From the NCBI GenBank assembly GCA_965603825.1, contig CBFDEM010000025.1, positions 434,001-498,000 on the forward strand: a stretch of 64,000 nt of DNA, read 5' to 3'. Source of the DNA: Blepharisma stoltei ATCC 30299. Taxonomy: Eukaryota > Protista > Ciliophora. Shown one piece after another: positions 1-13,443 of this stretch. The notes under the pieces were generated by a model. It did no database searches and had not been told where the DNA came from. It was given only the letters and a program-made list of their open reading frames with translations. Every line of letters starts with the position of its first letter. The first letter of the stretch is position 1. The position numbers and the translations under genes were made by a program.

Positions 1-625
1 GCTGCAGAAACGTGCACATGTGCAGATATCCATGCTTCTTTTGATGAAGCGTCTCTTAAATGTACCTGCAGCACAGGATTTTACTTAAATGACAAAGTCG
101 CTTGCACTGCATGTGCATGCCTGTGCTCTTCATGATCAAATTCAGCTACTTTTTGTACTGCTTGTGAAGATTCAACTCATATGACCTTTGACTCAGCTGC
201 AGGAACGTGCACGTGCTCTGATTTCAAGGCTTCTTTTGATGCTGCTACCCTTCTATGCACCTGCAATGCAGGATTTTTTCAAATAGCCAAAATACTTGCA
301 TTGCATGCACCACTCCATGCTCTTGATGCTCAAATTCAGCTACTTCTTGTACTGCCTGCGATGATTCAACCCATATGGCTTTCAGCTCGGCTGCAGGCAC
401 CTGTACATGTACTGATATCAATACTCCTTTTGATACTACAACTCTTCTATGTGCCTGCTGTGCTGGATTTTACTTAAATGACCAAGACACTTGCATTGCA
501 TGCATAAACCATGCTCTTCATGCAATTCAGCTACAGTTTGTAAGGGATGTATCGATGGCTGCTATTTAGATTCCACAACTTGTAAAGCTTGCACTAATCA
601 ATGCGCTAATTGCTCTTCAGCACAG
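1..625 (+). pseudogene. Frameshifted fragment of the 64-aa Cys-rich repeat ectodomain (type A) of the 55367-61462 gene; runs in from the window edge
   Basis: Encodes DSTHMTFDSAAGTCTC..GFYLNDQ..CTNQCANCSSAQ pieces in three frames, near-identical to the reverse complement of ~59490-60130; ends abruptly at a chimeric junction near 625. Confidence 0.85.
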
Positions 626-990
626 GTACTAGCAAACCAACAGTTTATGAAAATCAAAAAGATGATGAGCCTCAGAAAGATATTCCACTAAAATCAAATA
701 AAGCAAGCCCATTGGAAGCAGAATCCAGAAATGATGGAAAGTTTATAAAAGACAAAAGCATTATTCACCATAAAGATAAAAGAGAATGAAGGAATGACAT
801 ACAATCCGAAAAAGTTAGCAATAGCTCTACCCATAATGAAGATGAAAGAAATACTGTAAAGAAGCTAGAAAGGCGTTTAGCGTGTACAGACGGGCAAAAT
901 CATTGTCAGACATGTTCAGGTGATGACTGCACCCAATGCGACTCAACTGATTACGCATTAACATCGTCATCACCAGTAGTTTGCTCGCCT

Positions 991-2470
991 AAATGCACAG
1001 CTGGCTCAAACGGGTGCGCAACTTGCACAGATGACACTACTTGCGGGTCTTGCACTTCAGAAAGCGACGCAGTATCTTCAACTTCTCCAAACACTTGCTC
1101 CGCAAAATGTACAGCTGGCTCAAACGGCTGCGCAACTTGCTCAGATACTACTACTTGCGGGTCTTGCACTTCAAAATACGACGAAGTATCTTCAACTTCT
1201 CCAAACACTTGCTCAACTAAAAAATGCACAGCTGGCTCAAACGGCTGCGCAACTTGCACAGATGACACTACTTGCGCGTCTTGCACTTCAGAAAGCGACG
1301 CAGTATCTTCAGCATATCCAATTGCTTGCTTACCTAAATGCACAGTTGGCTCAAACGGCTGCGCAACTTGCCCAGATGACACTACTTGCGGGTCTTGCAC
1401 TTCAGAAAGCGACGCAGTATCTTCAACTTCTCCAAACACTTGCTCCGCAAAATGTACAGCTGGCTCAAACGGGTGCGCAACTTGCACAAATGACACTACT
1501 TGCGGGTCTTGCACTTCAGAAAGCGACGCAGTATCTTCAACTTCTCCAAACACTTGCTCCGCAAAATGTACAGTTGGCTCAAACGGGTGCGCAACTTGCA
1601 CAGATGACACTACTTGCGCGTCTTGCACTTCAGAAAGCGACGCAGTATCTTCAACTTCTCCAAACACTTGCTCCGCAAAATGTACAGTTGGCTCAAACGG
1701 GTGCGCAACTTGCACAGATGACACTACTTGCGGGTCTTGCACTTCAGAAAGCGACGCAGTATCTTCAACTTCTCCAAACACTTGCTCCGCAAAATGTACA
1801 GTTGGCTCAAACGGGTGCGCAACTTGCACAGATGACACTACTTGCGCGTCTTGCACTTCAGAAAGCGACGCAGTATCTTCAACTTCTCCAAACACTTGCT
1901 CTCCAAAATGCACAGATGGCTCAAACGGCTGTGAGACTTGCACAGATAGCACTACTTGCGGGTTTTGCACTTCAACAAGCGACGCAGTATCTTCAACATC
2001 TCCAAATTCTTGCTCACCTAAATGCACAAATGGATCAAACGGCTGTGCATATTGCTCAGATAGCACTATTTGTGTGTCTTGCCTTTCATGAACCGACGAA
2101 GTATCTACAGCATTTCCAAACACTTGCTTACCTAGATGCACAAATGGATCAAACGGCTGTGCATATTGCTCAGATAGCACTATTTGTGTGTCTTGCCTTT
2201 CATGAACCGACGAAGTATCTACAGCATCTCCAAACATTTGCTTACCTAGATGCACAGATGGCTCAAACGGCTGTGAGACTTGCACAGATAGCACTACTTG
2301 CGGGTTTTGCACTTCAGCAAGCGATGCAGTATCTTCAACATCTCCAAACACTTGCTTACCTAAATGCACAGAAGGCTTAAATGAGTGTACAGCTTGTTCA
2401 GATAGCACTACTTGTGGGTCTTGCTTATCAGCAGATTATGTAGTATTTGGAAACATTTGCATAGTAAAAT
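991..2470 (+). repeat. Coding tandem repeat, 114-bp unit (38 aa, repeat type D), about 13 copies
   Basis: Unit aaatgtacagttggctcaaacgggtgcgcaacttgcacagatgacactact... recurs every 114 nt (e.g. 1561, 1675, 1789). Confidence 0.95.
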
Positions 2471-2983
2471 GCACAGAAGATCAGAACAATTGTAAGATCT
2501 GCTCATCAGATGGCTCAAACGGTTGCGCATCATGTGCAAATGGATATGCTTTAATATCAGGTGCCTGCGTTGCCTGCGCAGACGTGGATAATTGTTTAAA
2601 TTGTGATGGGGATATATCTAAATGCGCTCTGTGCAAAGATCATTATGGTATAGTGTCAGGGGCATGCATCCAATGCGCAGATTCCACTAACTGCTTGATC
2701 TGTGATGGAGACAAAGATGCTTGCATGAGTTGCCGCTCTGGTTACCATATAATTAGTGGGGGCAAATGCGTCAAGGATTGCACAATTGGAGTTGATAACT
2801 GCGATGCATGCAGTAATATCTATACTTGTGAAAAATGCGCTGATGGGTATCGTATCGCATCAAGCGTATGTGAAAAGTGCACAGATACAAACTGCATTGA
2901 GTGTTCAGAGAACAAAGATATTTGCACTAAATGCAAGGGCCAACATTATTTGCATACTATTGGAGAATCCATAACTTGTGCCT

Positions 2984-2998
2984 GTAATTAATATTTAG
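2984..2998 (+). other. 15-nt spliceosomal intron (heterotrich type)
   Basis: GTAATTAATATTTAG, A at position 10; contains the only in-frame TAA of the reading frame; same position as the 15-mer 40807-40821 in the paralogue. Confidence 0.85.
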
Positions 2999-4399
2999 AT
3001 TGCAGCGTTGATTATAATAGCTATAACCCAAATACTGATACTTATTTATGTGGAAATCAAACTAAAAATACATGTGATACGTCGAAAGTTGGCTATAGTT
3101 TGGATTTCGATAACGGCGACATAATTATCAGTTTTGCATCAAATTTAGGTAAAATTTTGGAAAAGAAAAATTTCAGCATTAAACTCTCTGATGGGACTAA
3201 CTATTCTACAGAAAATTGCAGCTTGGCAATGGAAAGCATGATAAAATACACAATTCATACTGATTTAAGAGAATGTGATTTGCCTATTTTTATCGATCTG
3301 AAATTCAGCCTAATTTAGTTAATTACTTAGATAATAAAAATATATTCCAAAGAAAAATTAATTGATGGCAATGCTTAATTGGACTCAAAAATTTCCACCA
3401 AAATTATAAATTATTTATAGCTCTAAGATTTATCTCGCTTCTTCTGTGTTTATCTTAATATTGATCAATTTTATGCTCATTTATATAAGATCCTCAGCTT
3501 TTCAATCACTTTTTGTAAACAATAGTTTAGATTTTTATTGCGGTAATAAATTTATTGATTAATTTTTAAATAGAGTTTATTGGCATTTAAATTGCTACTT
3601 TCATTTGACTGTTTGACTGTGCACTCTTGGGCTCTTTTTTCAACTTTATTAATGCTGAAATAAGGATGGGTTTGTATGACCATATTTCTATGTGAGACCT
3701 AGAGCCTCTCTATGCTTAAGCACATATTGGGATACTCATAGAATTATAAAAGCTTTTAGCAAATTATATTATAATGATAGTGGATTTTCAGTGAGATTTT
3801 TATTTGCTAGCTCATCACTCCATCCTTGATCGAATCTATTGTCATTCTTCGATTAAGTATATATCTTATTATCTCCATACTTGACAATAAAATTATTCTT
3901 CTGTAGTGTTCTTTATAAGTTTGCTGCGAAATTAATCATAATTTTTCTTTCATAGAAATCAAGCTCAAGCCCAGCTGAAGAATTGTTGCGGTTTGAGCTG
4001 AATTTACCATATAATTATTTGTCAGTTTCACATAAATAAGAGCTTTATTATAAATATGCTGCATTGTGGAACTATAAACTCCTCAGAATTCCCAAAGTAT
4101 CTTTGTGCTTACGCCGAACCCGGAGTTTTACTTTGCAAACTTCATAATAATCAGCATTTCAATCTATGTTCAAGAAGCCCATATGAAATTAACTTCAAAT
4201 TATCAAAAAATATTTCAGCATTATCTAATACAATCAGAAATGGAAAGATTTACCAAATATTAAACTAAGTTTGGTAAAGAAATTGCTTCATTGATATTCA
4301 CATCTTTAAATATATAAAGTTATTGAATGCTTACATTCGAAAATTGAGAAAAGAAATAAAACAGCTCCTCATTTATCAGATATTTTAATTAAATATCAA

Positions 4400-6800
4400 A
4401 GTTTTAATGAAAAATTCGGGAAGGATTAAAAAGCTGTAAATTATTGACTTTGAATATGAATTGTAAGCCAGTAAATGCAAATCAGATTGAGTTGAAAGTG
4501 GCAAAAAACATATGTATAGATATTCCAAAATGAAACAATATAGAAATTCTAAAAAAAGCTCTTTTAGCATCATTAAATTTAATAATAGAAAACAAATTTG
4601 TGTACAATTGAAAGAATTACTAACAAATAATTTAAGGTTCAATGATTCAATATTTTACTCATGCTAAAAGAAATTCAAAGTATTTTTACAGCAGCAAGCA
4701 ATGCAGCAACAATTTTAAATGCATCAGATTAAGGTTTAATTATAAGGGCTTAACTCCTATTAATAGTTTTTATTATTCTAATTAAATTCTAATATTTAAA
4801 TTAATATTTCTAATAAGGATAGTAAGTAATATCAGTGCCGTACGCAAATTTCTCGGAAACATTATTTACTAGGATTGATTTTGAAAACTATGATTTAAAT
4901 AACGCGAATTTTTCTCATTCCAGTAATACAAATCTGAATTTCAAAAGTGCTATGATGCAAAATGTTAATTTTAGGGCAGATTTCCTCATGAAGACTACAT
5001 TAGCACAGCCATTATTTCAAAATATGGGAACTTTATAGTATCTGGAGGTTCAAAACCATTAATATTAATATGAAATTTAAATATTCAAGAAATTCTTATA
5101 AGTCTTAACGGCCATACAAATTCAATATCATCGGTTTCTTTCTCTCATAATAGGAAATTATCAGTTTCAGGCTCATATAATCAGACAGTCAAAGTTTAGG
5201 ATTGGGAAAATTCAAAGAAATTCATCAATTTACTGGGCACCAATCCAATGTCTATTGTGCAATATTTTCTTTATAAGATAAATATGCAATTTCAAGCATC
5301 TCAAAATGAGTTATCAAATGATGGGATTTTGAGAACGACCAACCACCAAAATATTAAAAGGTCATAGGTATGAGATCCGATCTCTATCACTTTCTCCATG
5401 CGGACGATTTCTTGCCTTAGATAGTTTTATTGAGTCAATAAGAACTTGGGATATTGAAAATGAGGCAGAAATAGGCAGATGCAACGTGACAAAAAATATT
5501 AAAAGTGTTTGCTTCAGTCCTTATGGGAAATATTTCGCTTTTGTTAATGATTGAAAGTTGTTTTATGAGAAATAAAGACTATGAAAGATGCCCAAATTTT
5601 TTGAAGGGCACAAAAGCGATTTCAATTCTGTAACGTTTCCTCCTTATGGGAAATATTTGATATCAGCTAGAAATAATAATAAAATAATTATTTGAGACTT
5701 AGAATCAAATAGAAATGTCAGGAAATTTTATCATGATAAGGCTGTAAACTCAGTTTGTTTTCACCTAAATAAGAATTTAGTGATTTCAGGAAGTAGTGAT
5801 TGCAAAATAAAAGTGTGGGACTTTGATAGCTGGGCTAAGAATGGACAATTTGAAGGACATAAAAATGGGATTTCTTCAGTAGCCATTTCTCATAATGATG
5901 AAATTTTTGAGACTTGTGGGAAAGATAAAGCAATAAAATTTTGGAATATGGATAATTTTAAGCTAGTTAGTATTGCTAATCACAAAACATATAGCATATT
6001 TATAGCGTTCATTAAATGTGATAGACTCGTCATGACAAATTCAAGTTTCAGAGATTGAATTGATAGATCTCGTTGTTCAATGTAGGCTCAAGGGGAGAGA
6101 GTATCGTTAATATCTGAAATATTAGTGATACTAGTTTCTTTAGCAGCTGCAATGAGCATTGAAAAACAATTAAGTCGATTTGCTTTAGTCCAAATTCTAT
6201 CAATCAAGCAGCAGGAAGCACTGACAAAACAATAATGATTTGAACTAAAGAAAATTGCTATTCTGCAATTAATACATATTACACGCACAAATCAGACGAA
6301 AACTCAGTATGCTATTCTCCATGTGGTAATTTTCTTGCTTCTGGCTGTTCAGATAAAAGGATATTTATTCATGACATTAAAAAATATGTATATCAGCAAG
6401 AAGCATTTGCTAAAGAAAGCTGTGCGGCTTACCAAGTTATTTATTCGCCATGTGGAAGGTTTTTAGCTTCAGTTGGTTGAGGACCGATTATAAGAATTCA
6501 GGTCATTGAAACAAAAGAAATATTTCGATCATTTGCTGGGCATAAATTAAGAGTGAACTCAATTTTATTTTTGTCTTCAGGGAAGCACCTTATTTCTGGA
6601 AGTGATGATCAAAACATAAGAATATGAGACATTGACAGCCAAAAAGAAGCTGAAATATTTGGCAACCACCAAAGAGGAGTGACATGTCTTTCTCTTTCGC
6701 ATTCTGGGGTCTATTTCAGCTCAGCAAGCTCAGACAAAACAGTTAAAATGTGGAAATTCAGAGACGAGTTTGGCCCTAATCTAAAAATCACTTCTTATAT
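4400..6800 (+). pseudogene. Degraded pentapeptide-repeat plus WD40-repeat gene (C-terminal part of a NACHT/pentapeptide/WD40-type protein)
   Basis: AASNAATILNA (~4690-4725), pentapeptide-like YANFSETLFTRIDFENYDLNNANFSHS (4835-4970), then many WD40 units (GHTNSISSVSFSH; SGSSDCKIKVWD; GHKLRVNSILF..SGSDDQNIRIWD; SASSDKTVKMW) broken by frameshifts and TAA/TAG. Confidence 0.8.
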
Positions 6801-6987
6801 AGATTTTAATCTCTAGATTTTTGTTGAGTTTAATTTCATAAAAACTTCATATTGAATTCTATTTGGACAAAGATAAGCAAAATATCGGTCATCGATCCTC
6901 CATATATTTTAAGCCTTTAATAAAACTTTTTTAATCCTACATTAGTTTTAAAAAGTGCTAATTAAATTATTATTATAAAAATTTAAT

Positions 6988-7500
6988 ATGAATATTTCTG
7001 AGTAGGATTTGCAAATTTCTGAGACTCACACTATTCTGGTGTTGGACGATACCCACACATTTTTGAAGGACAACGAATTCATTCACTCAGGATATCGCAT
7101 CAACTTCAGCACAACCAAAAGAATCCATAATGAGTTAGTCAATATCTGAACTCACTTGATTGGGCTTTTTTCATTTTTATTTTCCTGTGATACTCAATTG
7201 AATTTTTAGATATTGCTGAAAGTATTGGCATTCAATTAAGCAGATCTCAGCTTCTCCAAGTTTTAAGAGAAGCTTTCAGCAGCAGTTGATACTTTGGATT
7301 ATTGACTTGGGAACTCCTGAGCAATAAAGTCCACGCACTTGTGAGAGACTGGGAGAATGAAGTCCTTTATGCTATAGAGGCCCAGTGAGCTTTATTGAAC
7401 TCTAATGACATAAAAGAAATTATTTCTCAAAAGATCGAGGAATATTAAAGCTTTATAATCTTCAGGATTCACACAGAGGGCTTCATAAAACCTCTGAAAA
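6988..7500 (+). pseudogene. PAQR/adiponectin-receptor (HlyIII family) 5' remnant
   Basis: FLKDNEFIHSGYRINFST..HNELVNI[TGA=W]THLIG matches the PAQR DN..I..GYR..HNE..NIWTH signature; frame breaks follow. Confidence 0.75.
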
Positions 7501-7529
7501 AAAAAATCAAAAACACTTCGGTAACGACA

Positions 7530-8480
7530 TGGACTTCACAGATGCACAGTGTGGGGCATTAACAAGAAACCCGATTTCTCCGAAATATTTATCGTGCCTA
7601 AAGTTGTATATCAAGCTTTAGATGTTGGATGTAAACTTCAACTTCTCCTGACATGATGAAATAAAGTGATCTGCTTGCTTCTTCTTCTTCTTCTTCTTCT
7701 TCAAATATTGAATCTTCAGAGGCGTAAGCTTGATATGTAAGTAGCCTTGGGATGTGGATTACTAATTCCTTTGAAAATATCCCACTATTAAATAATATGC
7801 AAGATTTGATGACATGCCAATGAAAGTGGTCGTAAATTTCATCTTTTAATGGCCCACTGGATAAATCTATGATATTTTGTTCATCATGCTCGTAGTCTAC
7901 ACCTACTTCATGCATATAGTCAATATAGCTTCTGAATCGGAATTGGAGATCTGTAGATAGGCTTTCTTTTTCACATAGCGGTTGATGGCTTGAATCATGA
8001 TTCTATATTTATCTTCTTTTGCACTGCTTCTGATATTAATGAAGATAGGTTTCCTATGATTTTTAAAAATGTAGCTGATATGCAGACCATAGCAAGAATC
8101 CCGTCAAACCTTTCCACATCTGAGGTGGATGAGGTCTCCATATCAGCTGAAACCATTAATGTAATAGCCCAATACATTGAAGAAATTAAAATTCTTATTT
8201 TGAGACTTTATCCATCAAGAATCTGATAATTCATGATCCAGTTATCGCTTTGCTTTGTAATGTTTATATTTAATAAAAGAACAAGCAAGCTGCATAGTGT
8301 GCAATTAATAAAATACGTTAAAGCAGCTTAATAAATAAAAATCAAATGAAAGCTAGCTGATTTTTAAAATAATCGTCTTCTACAGGAATGACAAAATACA
8401 AGGAAACTGGAATTGAAATTGCCAGTTAGAGAGGGCAGCAGAGGATCAGAATGCCTAAGATGATACAAAAATAATAGTTG
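7530..8480 (-). pseudogene. Cyclic-nucleotide-binding-domain cation (K+) channel remnant
   Basis: YWAITLM (pore helix), IIGNLSSLI (S6), C-linker LSGPLKDEI, cNMP domain SIFEE..LYFIMSGEVEVY..YFGEIGF; frameshifts present and selectivity filter degenerate. Confidence 0.75.
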
Positions 8481-8999
8481 GGGTGAAAAAAAAGTGGTAT
8501 ACCAGGATTCTTTGATTTTATTTTGATGAAATATTAAAAATTTGAGGAATGGAGACTTTGAAATTTTTTAGAGTGTGAATACGGTCGTTATGGGTTAAAG
8601 GAGGCTGAGATTGCTCGTTACTGATTAATTTTTAGGAATCAGGAGTTTTTTGGTCTTTCTTTTTAATTATTTCCATTTATGATCTATGCATTCAAGAAGA
8701 TACTTTATCAGCTATTTATTTTGGTCGATGCATTGAAGAATTCTTTATTTTAAAAAAAATTTATTAAATTCTTTACAGTCATTTTTGATTAGAAAAAGTA
8801 GGTGGAAAAACTACATGGAGATTTTTTCCACTTCACCCTCCATATTTTCTTAATCTATGCTTGCTCCTTGCATATTGCTATTAAAATAGGACTATAAGCA
8901 GAGCTTCAACGAAATTTAATCTAAATGGTATTAATATCTAGTTTCACCGGGTTTATCTGGGGTACAGCTTCATCATATGCAAGTGCTCAATCATTAGCC

Positions 9000-10682
9000 G
9001 CACTGCGTACTCAGCAACCACATATAGGTCTATGATGCATCCTAATATGGATTTGCATTTAATTCCGGTTCAAAATCTTGTGTGTGTTCAATAACAAACT
9101 GTAAGGCTTGCTCAACAACTAATTATGGAACTTATTAAAGATTACCACGCTGCAATCTGGCAAATACTATCTGCAAGACATAATGATTTCTTATGATGTG
9201 GCTCTTTTCTTTTAATTGCATTACCTGTTCAGATAGCACAACGTGTTGCAATGTGATTCAGCAACAGTTTGTCATCAGGATCTTGAGTATGTACAGCTGG
9301 AAAGCACCATTGTGAGACTTACGTAGCTGGTAACTCAGATGGTTGCTCAAAATGTGACTCAGGAACGATACTGACATCAGGATCTTGCCCATGCACAGAT
9401 GGCCAGAATAATTGTAAGACTTGCGCAACTGATAACTCTAATGACTGCGCATCATGCGCTGATGGATATCAGTTGACGTCTGGATATTGCACTGTTGCAT
9501 GTGCAGTTGAAAATTGTAAAACGTGCTCAGGATCTAATTCACAAATTTGCGATACTTGTCAATCCGGGTTAGGCTGGGATTCTACTTCATCTAAATGCTT
9601 GTGCTCAATTGCTAATTGTGCAACCTGCTCAACAACTACATGTAGAAATTGCGATACATGCGTTTACTTTAAGACTCGATCAAATCTTGCGAGTGCTCAA
9701 TACGTGACTGCAAGACTTGCTCAACGGCATATATGGAATATGCCAAGAGTGTCAGTCTTGGCTTAGTTGGAATGCTACAACACCAAATTGCAAATGCTCA
9801 TTGGCTCACTGTGATACTTGCTCTACCATAGTTATGGAACTTGCAAAGCATGCACATCAACATTTGAAGGATCTGGAACATCAACTCGTGCCTGCTCATC
9901 TACCAGCTATTTAGATATAGACACCTGCAAATCATGCACTAATCAATGTTTATCTTGCACAACTGCAACAAAATGTACTAAATGCGTTGATAATGCATCT
10001 GGCATCTGAATTGATTAAGAATATGCTCGCTACCAGCAGCCCATATTCATTCACAGCAACTGCTTCTCAAGACAATAGTGGAACAACAGTTACTGGCAGT
10101 GCTACAGTTTCTATTGCAGTTGCATCTTCTCCTCTATATATTGAGTTGTCTAAGGCTATGCTTGGGCCTGAAATGTATTGAAGCTGATGGCTCAATCTTA
10201 CTAAGCAGCAGCGAAGCAAATAGCGCACTTACTATTCCTTCATGCGAAGAACAAATACTCAGCAAATGCTTCTGCAAGCACTGTCTCTACGTTTATATGG
10301 TCTCAAAAATCTGGTGATGGAATTGCATATGTATTCACTTTGAAGATTACAGACTTTGGCAGTGTAAGCTTAAGCGTTGACTTGTCTATCTCAGTTAACT
10401 TAGGAGCATCTTGTGAAGGAGCGTTCAGTGTGTCGCCAACAACTGGAATTGCTTTAACTGATGCTTTTACAATGTCAATAAGTGGGTGCGTTGATCGTGA
10501 TGATGAAGACTATCCACTTCTTTACACGTGCAGGTGCTCTCCATCTGGATCAAACTCGAAATACACTATAGAATCTACCACTGAAGAAAGCCAAATTTCA
10601 TCCAAACTGTCTTCAGGCGAGTAGGCTATTTTAGTCCATGTGTGCGATCAGCCTGATACTTGCGAAGATTACTCATCTTCTA
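9000..10682 (+). pseudogene. Multiply internally deleted, inverted copy of the polycystin-like pseudogene at 16700-19780
   Basis: Blocks colinear with the reverse complement of ~19780-16710 (CAVENCKTCSGSNSQIC; SPYSFTATASQDNSGTTV; GCVDRDDEDYPLLYTC), with large deletions at ~10000, ~10155, ~10243 and ~10313. Confidence 0.85.
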
Positions 10683-10734
10683 AGTGGATGGTTAAGCATG
10701 CGGTCTCAATAAAACTCACACTAGTCGATAAAAT

Positions 10735-11326
10735 TGCATTTAGGCGAGCAAACTACTGGTGATGACGATGTTAATGCGTAATCACTTGAGTCGCATTGGT
10801 TGCAATCATCACCTGAACATGTCTGATAATGATTCTGCCCATCTGTACACGCTAAATGCCTTTCGAGCTTCTTTACAGTATTTTTTTCATCTTCATTATG
10901 GGTAGAGCTATTGCTAACTTTTTCGGGTTGCATGCTATTCCTTCATTCTCTTTCATCTTTTTGATGAATAATGCTTTTGTCTTCTATAAACTTTCCATCA
11001 TTTCTGGATTCTGCTTCTTATAGGCTTGCTTTATTTGATTTTAGTGGAACATCTTTCTGAAGTTTACCATCTTTTTGATTTTCATAAACTGTTGGTTTGC
11101 TAAGTAAATCAGAAGAAGTTTCTCCTCTTATGGTTTCACTCGCTCCAGCATTGTTATCCTTTTGACGAGCAGTGCTTTCTTGGGCTGGATGATAGATACT
11201 TTTACGGCCTTCGTCGATTGAGCTAGAGTCAAAGTTTGAGTTTATTAAGTCTTTGGATGAATCTGAAGTACTTTTTCCATCAGCATGAATTAATAGAAGC
11301 AGAAGAAGAGACAAAAACTTTAACAT
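10735..11326 (-). pseudogene. Isolated 5' end (signal peptide, pro-region, RHL, first Cys repeat) matching the 630-3318 gene
   Basis: MLKFLSLLLLLLIHADG signal peptide; SKPTVYENQK..KKLERHLACTDGQNH..VVCSPKC highly similar to 630-997; one in-frame TAA at 11018-11020; truncated at ~10735. Confidence 0.85.
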
Positions 11327-11829
11327 TTTTATTATCAACTCGAAATTTAGCTCAAATATTTAATTGGTTTAAAATCTCATATAGCTCTTATATCTGCGTA
11401 GCGTGTCTCTGGAATATCGGATATAAAATCTGGATTTTGGCCTGCTAATACATTTTGAATAAGCCTTTAAATCTGCAGAGAGAGAAGCCATTAAGAGGGC
11501 ATTTGCTAAAAGTCTAGATTTTTGTGTTTATTTGCTTTGAGAGCATGCTAAATGCTTAACCATGGAGCCTAGGCTTGATAATACAAAATATAGAGATATT
11601 ACAGCATCATCAATCTGGAACTTCATTTATAAAAACTTAGAATTAAAAATTTATAATTTCAGAATATAGATAAATAAGCTCTAATAAGTATTAGACATTT
11701 AATTAATCCATTCCATTGATGACTACTAATTTTAGTATTAATTTTAAATATCTTTGAATAAAATTGCTCATTCATTGAAAACTTAGAAATGAAAAATTCT
11801 TTTCAAGTAAGAAAAATTGTTAAATTCAT

Positions 11830-13443
11830 ACTTTATTATTGTGCTCAATATTTATAACTTCTTAAAATTATTAAATTGTTTGATGAGTTTTTAGCACTTT
11901 TTAATTTTGGATAACTCACTATATCTATTCATTGTTCTTTTTCTTCTAGCGTTATCAATATCAATAAAAAATCTGAATTAACTTCAAAATATTTTGCTTA
12001 AAATTAAGTAAACTCTCTATCTTGCTCTAACTGTCTTTCTTGGCATGGTATCTCTAAAGTCTTTCATTAATATTTGTTATTTAAAAAGTGATTTTAATAA
12101 ACTATTTCTAGATAAAGCAATATATAAATAAATTCGTGTAAACATTTTCTTATTGAAGAACTATAAATTTTTGATCTTAAAAGATAAAGAAGCATTCAGC
12201 TAAGAATTTTAGAGACTAAATTATAGGTAGATATATAAAAGCATAATCTATCTATTAAATTCAAAGAAATACCTAAAACCCTCGAAAGCCGAACTAATTG
12301 ATGCACATCTTTGTCATGAATAAGTGTAAGGGAAAGTGCACTTGCATGCATATTCGGTTAATCCTTGCATTCTGAATTGAAATACAGCTTCATCTCCATT
12401 TCCTATTATTTATAAAGCATATTCGCATTCTATATTATTTAAGCTGAATAAATTATAGACATAGTTATTTAAATGTATATCAAAAGATATTTTTACCTTA
12501 TCTAAATGCCAAATAATTTCGGAAAAAGCCTTAAAATCTCAAAATAGCTATTAATATTCATTTAATTATTAATTTAATAATACTTCAAAACGTTGATATT
12601 GAAATAAGCTTCTATCACTTATAAAATATATTAGCCCGCATTTATGATAGAAAAGGTAATTTAAGCTTTAGATTTTTTCTCTTCAACTGGAGGAAAAACA
12701 TTTATGATGAAGTATCTTGCAATCATAGCAATTGTTTCCATGATGAAAACCTCAATGAAGGTCTCCCAAGAGAGCTTGCAGCCCAATATCCACTTATCTA
12801 AGCATATAATTTCAATAACGGAGCCAATAATAATAAAAACTCCTATAGATACTGCAGCTACTGAGCTTTTTGGAGCTTATTCCTGTCGATGCTAAAGGCA
12901 ACATCAATAAAGATTTAAATAGGCATTGCAATTGGCAAAGCGGCAATCATGTATCCAAACTATATAGCCTCATAACCATCAGAAAAGGTCTCAATTTCTA
13001 TTTCTGTTCTTGCACTAATATTTTCAGATCCAAAGAGCAGCAATCCTTCAAGCAGCAACTCAAAAATAATAATTACCACTAAGGTAAACAGCCTGATGAC
13101 TCTAGTAAAGGAAGGTCGATATATGATAAGCCCGAGAGCTAAATGATCTTCAAGCATCATGAAATGAATAAATTTGTAATAAAAATTAAATATAGCGATT
13201 TTTGATTATCTTGTGCTAAATTAGGGATTGAGACAAGCCTTTTAAAATTTTAATTCCATCCTACATGAGAAAAAGTCTTTTCTTGCCTTTGAATCCTGGT
13301 CAGAGGCGCAAAGACATTCATAATATATAAGCTTGCATTTAATCTACACCTAGAAAGGCCTAAGCTACCTACTAAATCGTAGGAGATTTATAATATAGAG
13401 TCCTGGAGCAAAGAGTGATATCTATTGGAACTTTGAATGTTAT
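11830..13443. repeat. Dispersed direct duplication, copy 1 (copy 2 at ~52440-53973)
   Basis: ctttattattgtgctcaatatttataactt.. through ..tctattggaactttgaatgttat is colinear with 52440-53973, with indels. Confidence 0.9.

Larger units (their letters stand above)
630..3318 (+). pseudogene. 5'-truncated but otherwise open gene for a soluble furin-like Cys-rich repeat protein (pro-region, RRL, 38-aa repeats, short C-terminal domain)
   Basis: Frame +1 is open from 610 to TAG at 3318 if TGA=Trp (787, 2089, ~2203) and the 15-nt intron 2984-2998 is removed. It reads SKPTVYENQK..KKLERRLACTDG..(CTAGSNGCATCTDDTTCGSCTSESDAVSSTSPNTCSAK)n..LCGNQTKNTC..CDLPIFIDLKFSLI*. No start codon or signal peptide in place. 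Confidence 0.8.

Noticed and set aside
951-2408. Long ORFs 951-2408 (-, 485 aa) and 1031-2380 (+, 449 aa, Leu/Gln/Ala-rich)
   Set aside because: Shadow frames of the 114-bp coding repeat. They begin and end with the array, while the Cys-rich frame +1 continues on both sides and has homologues.
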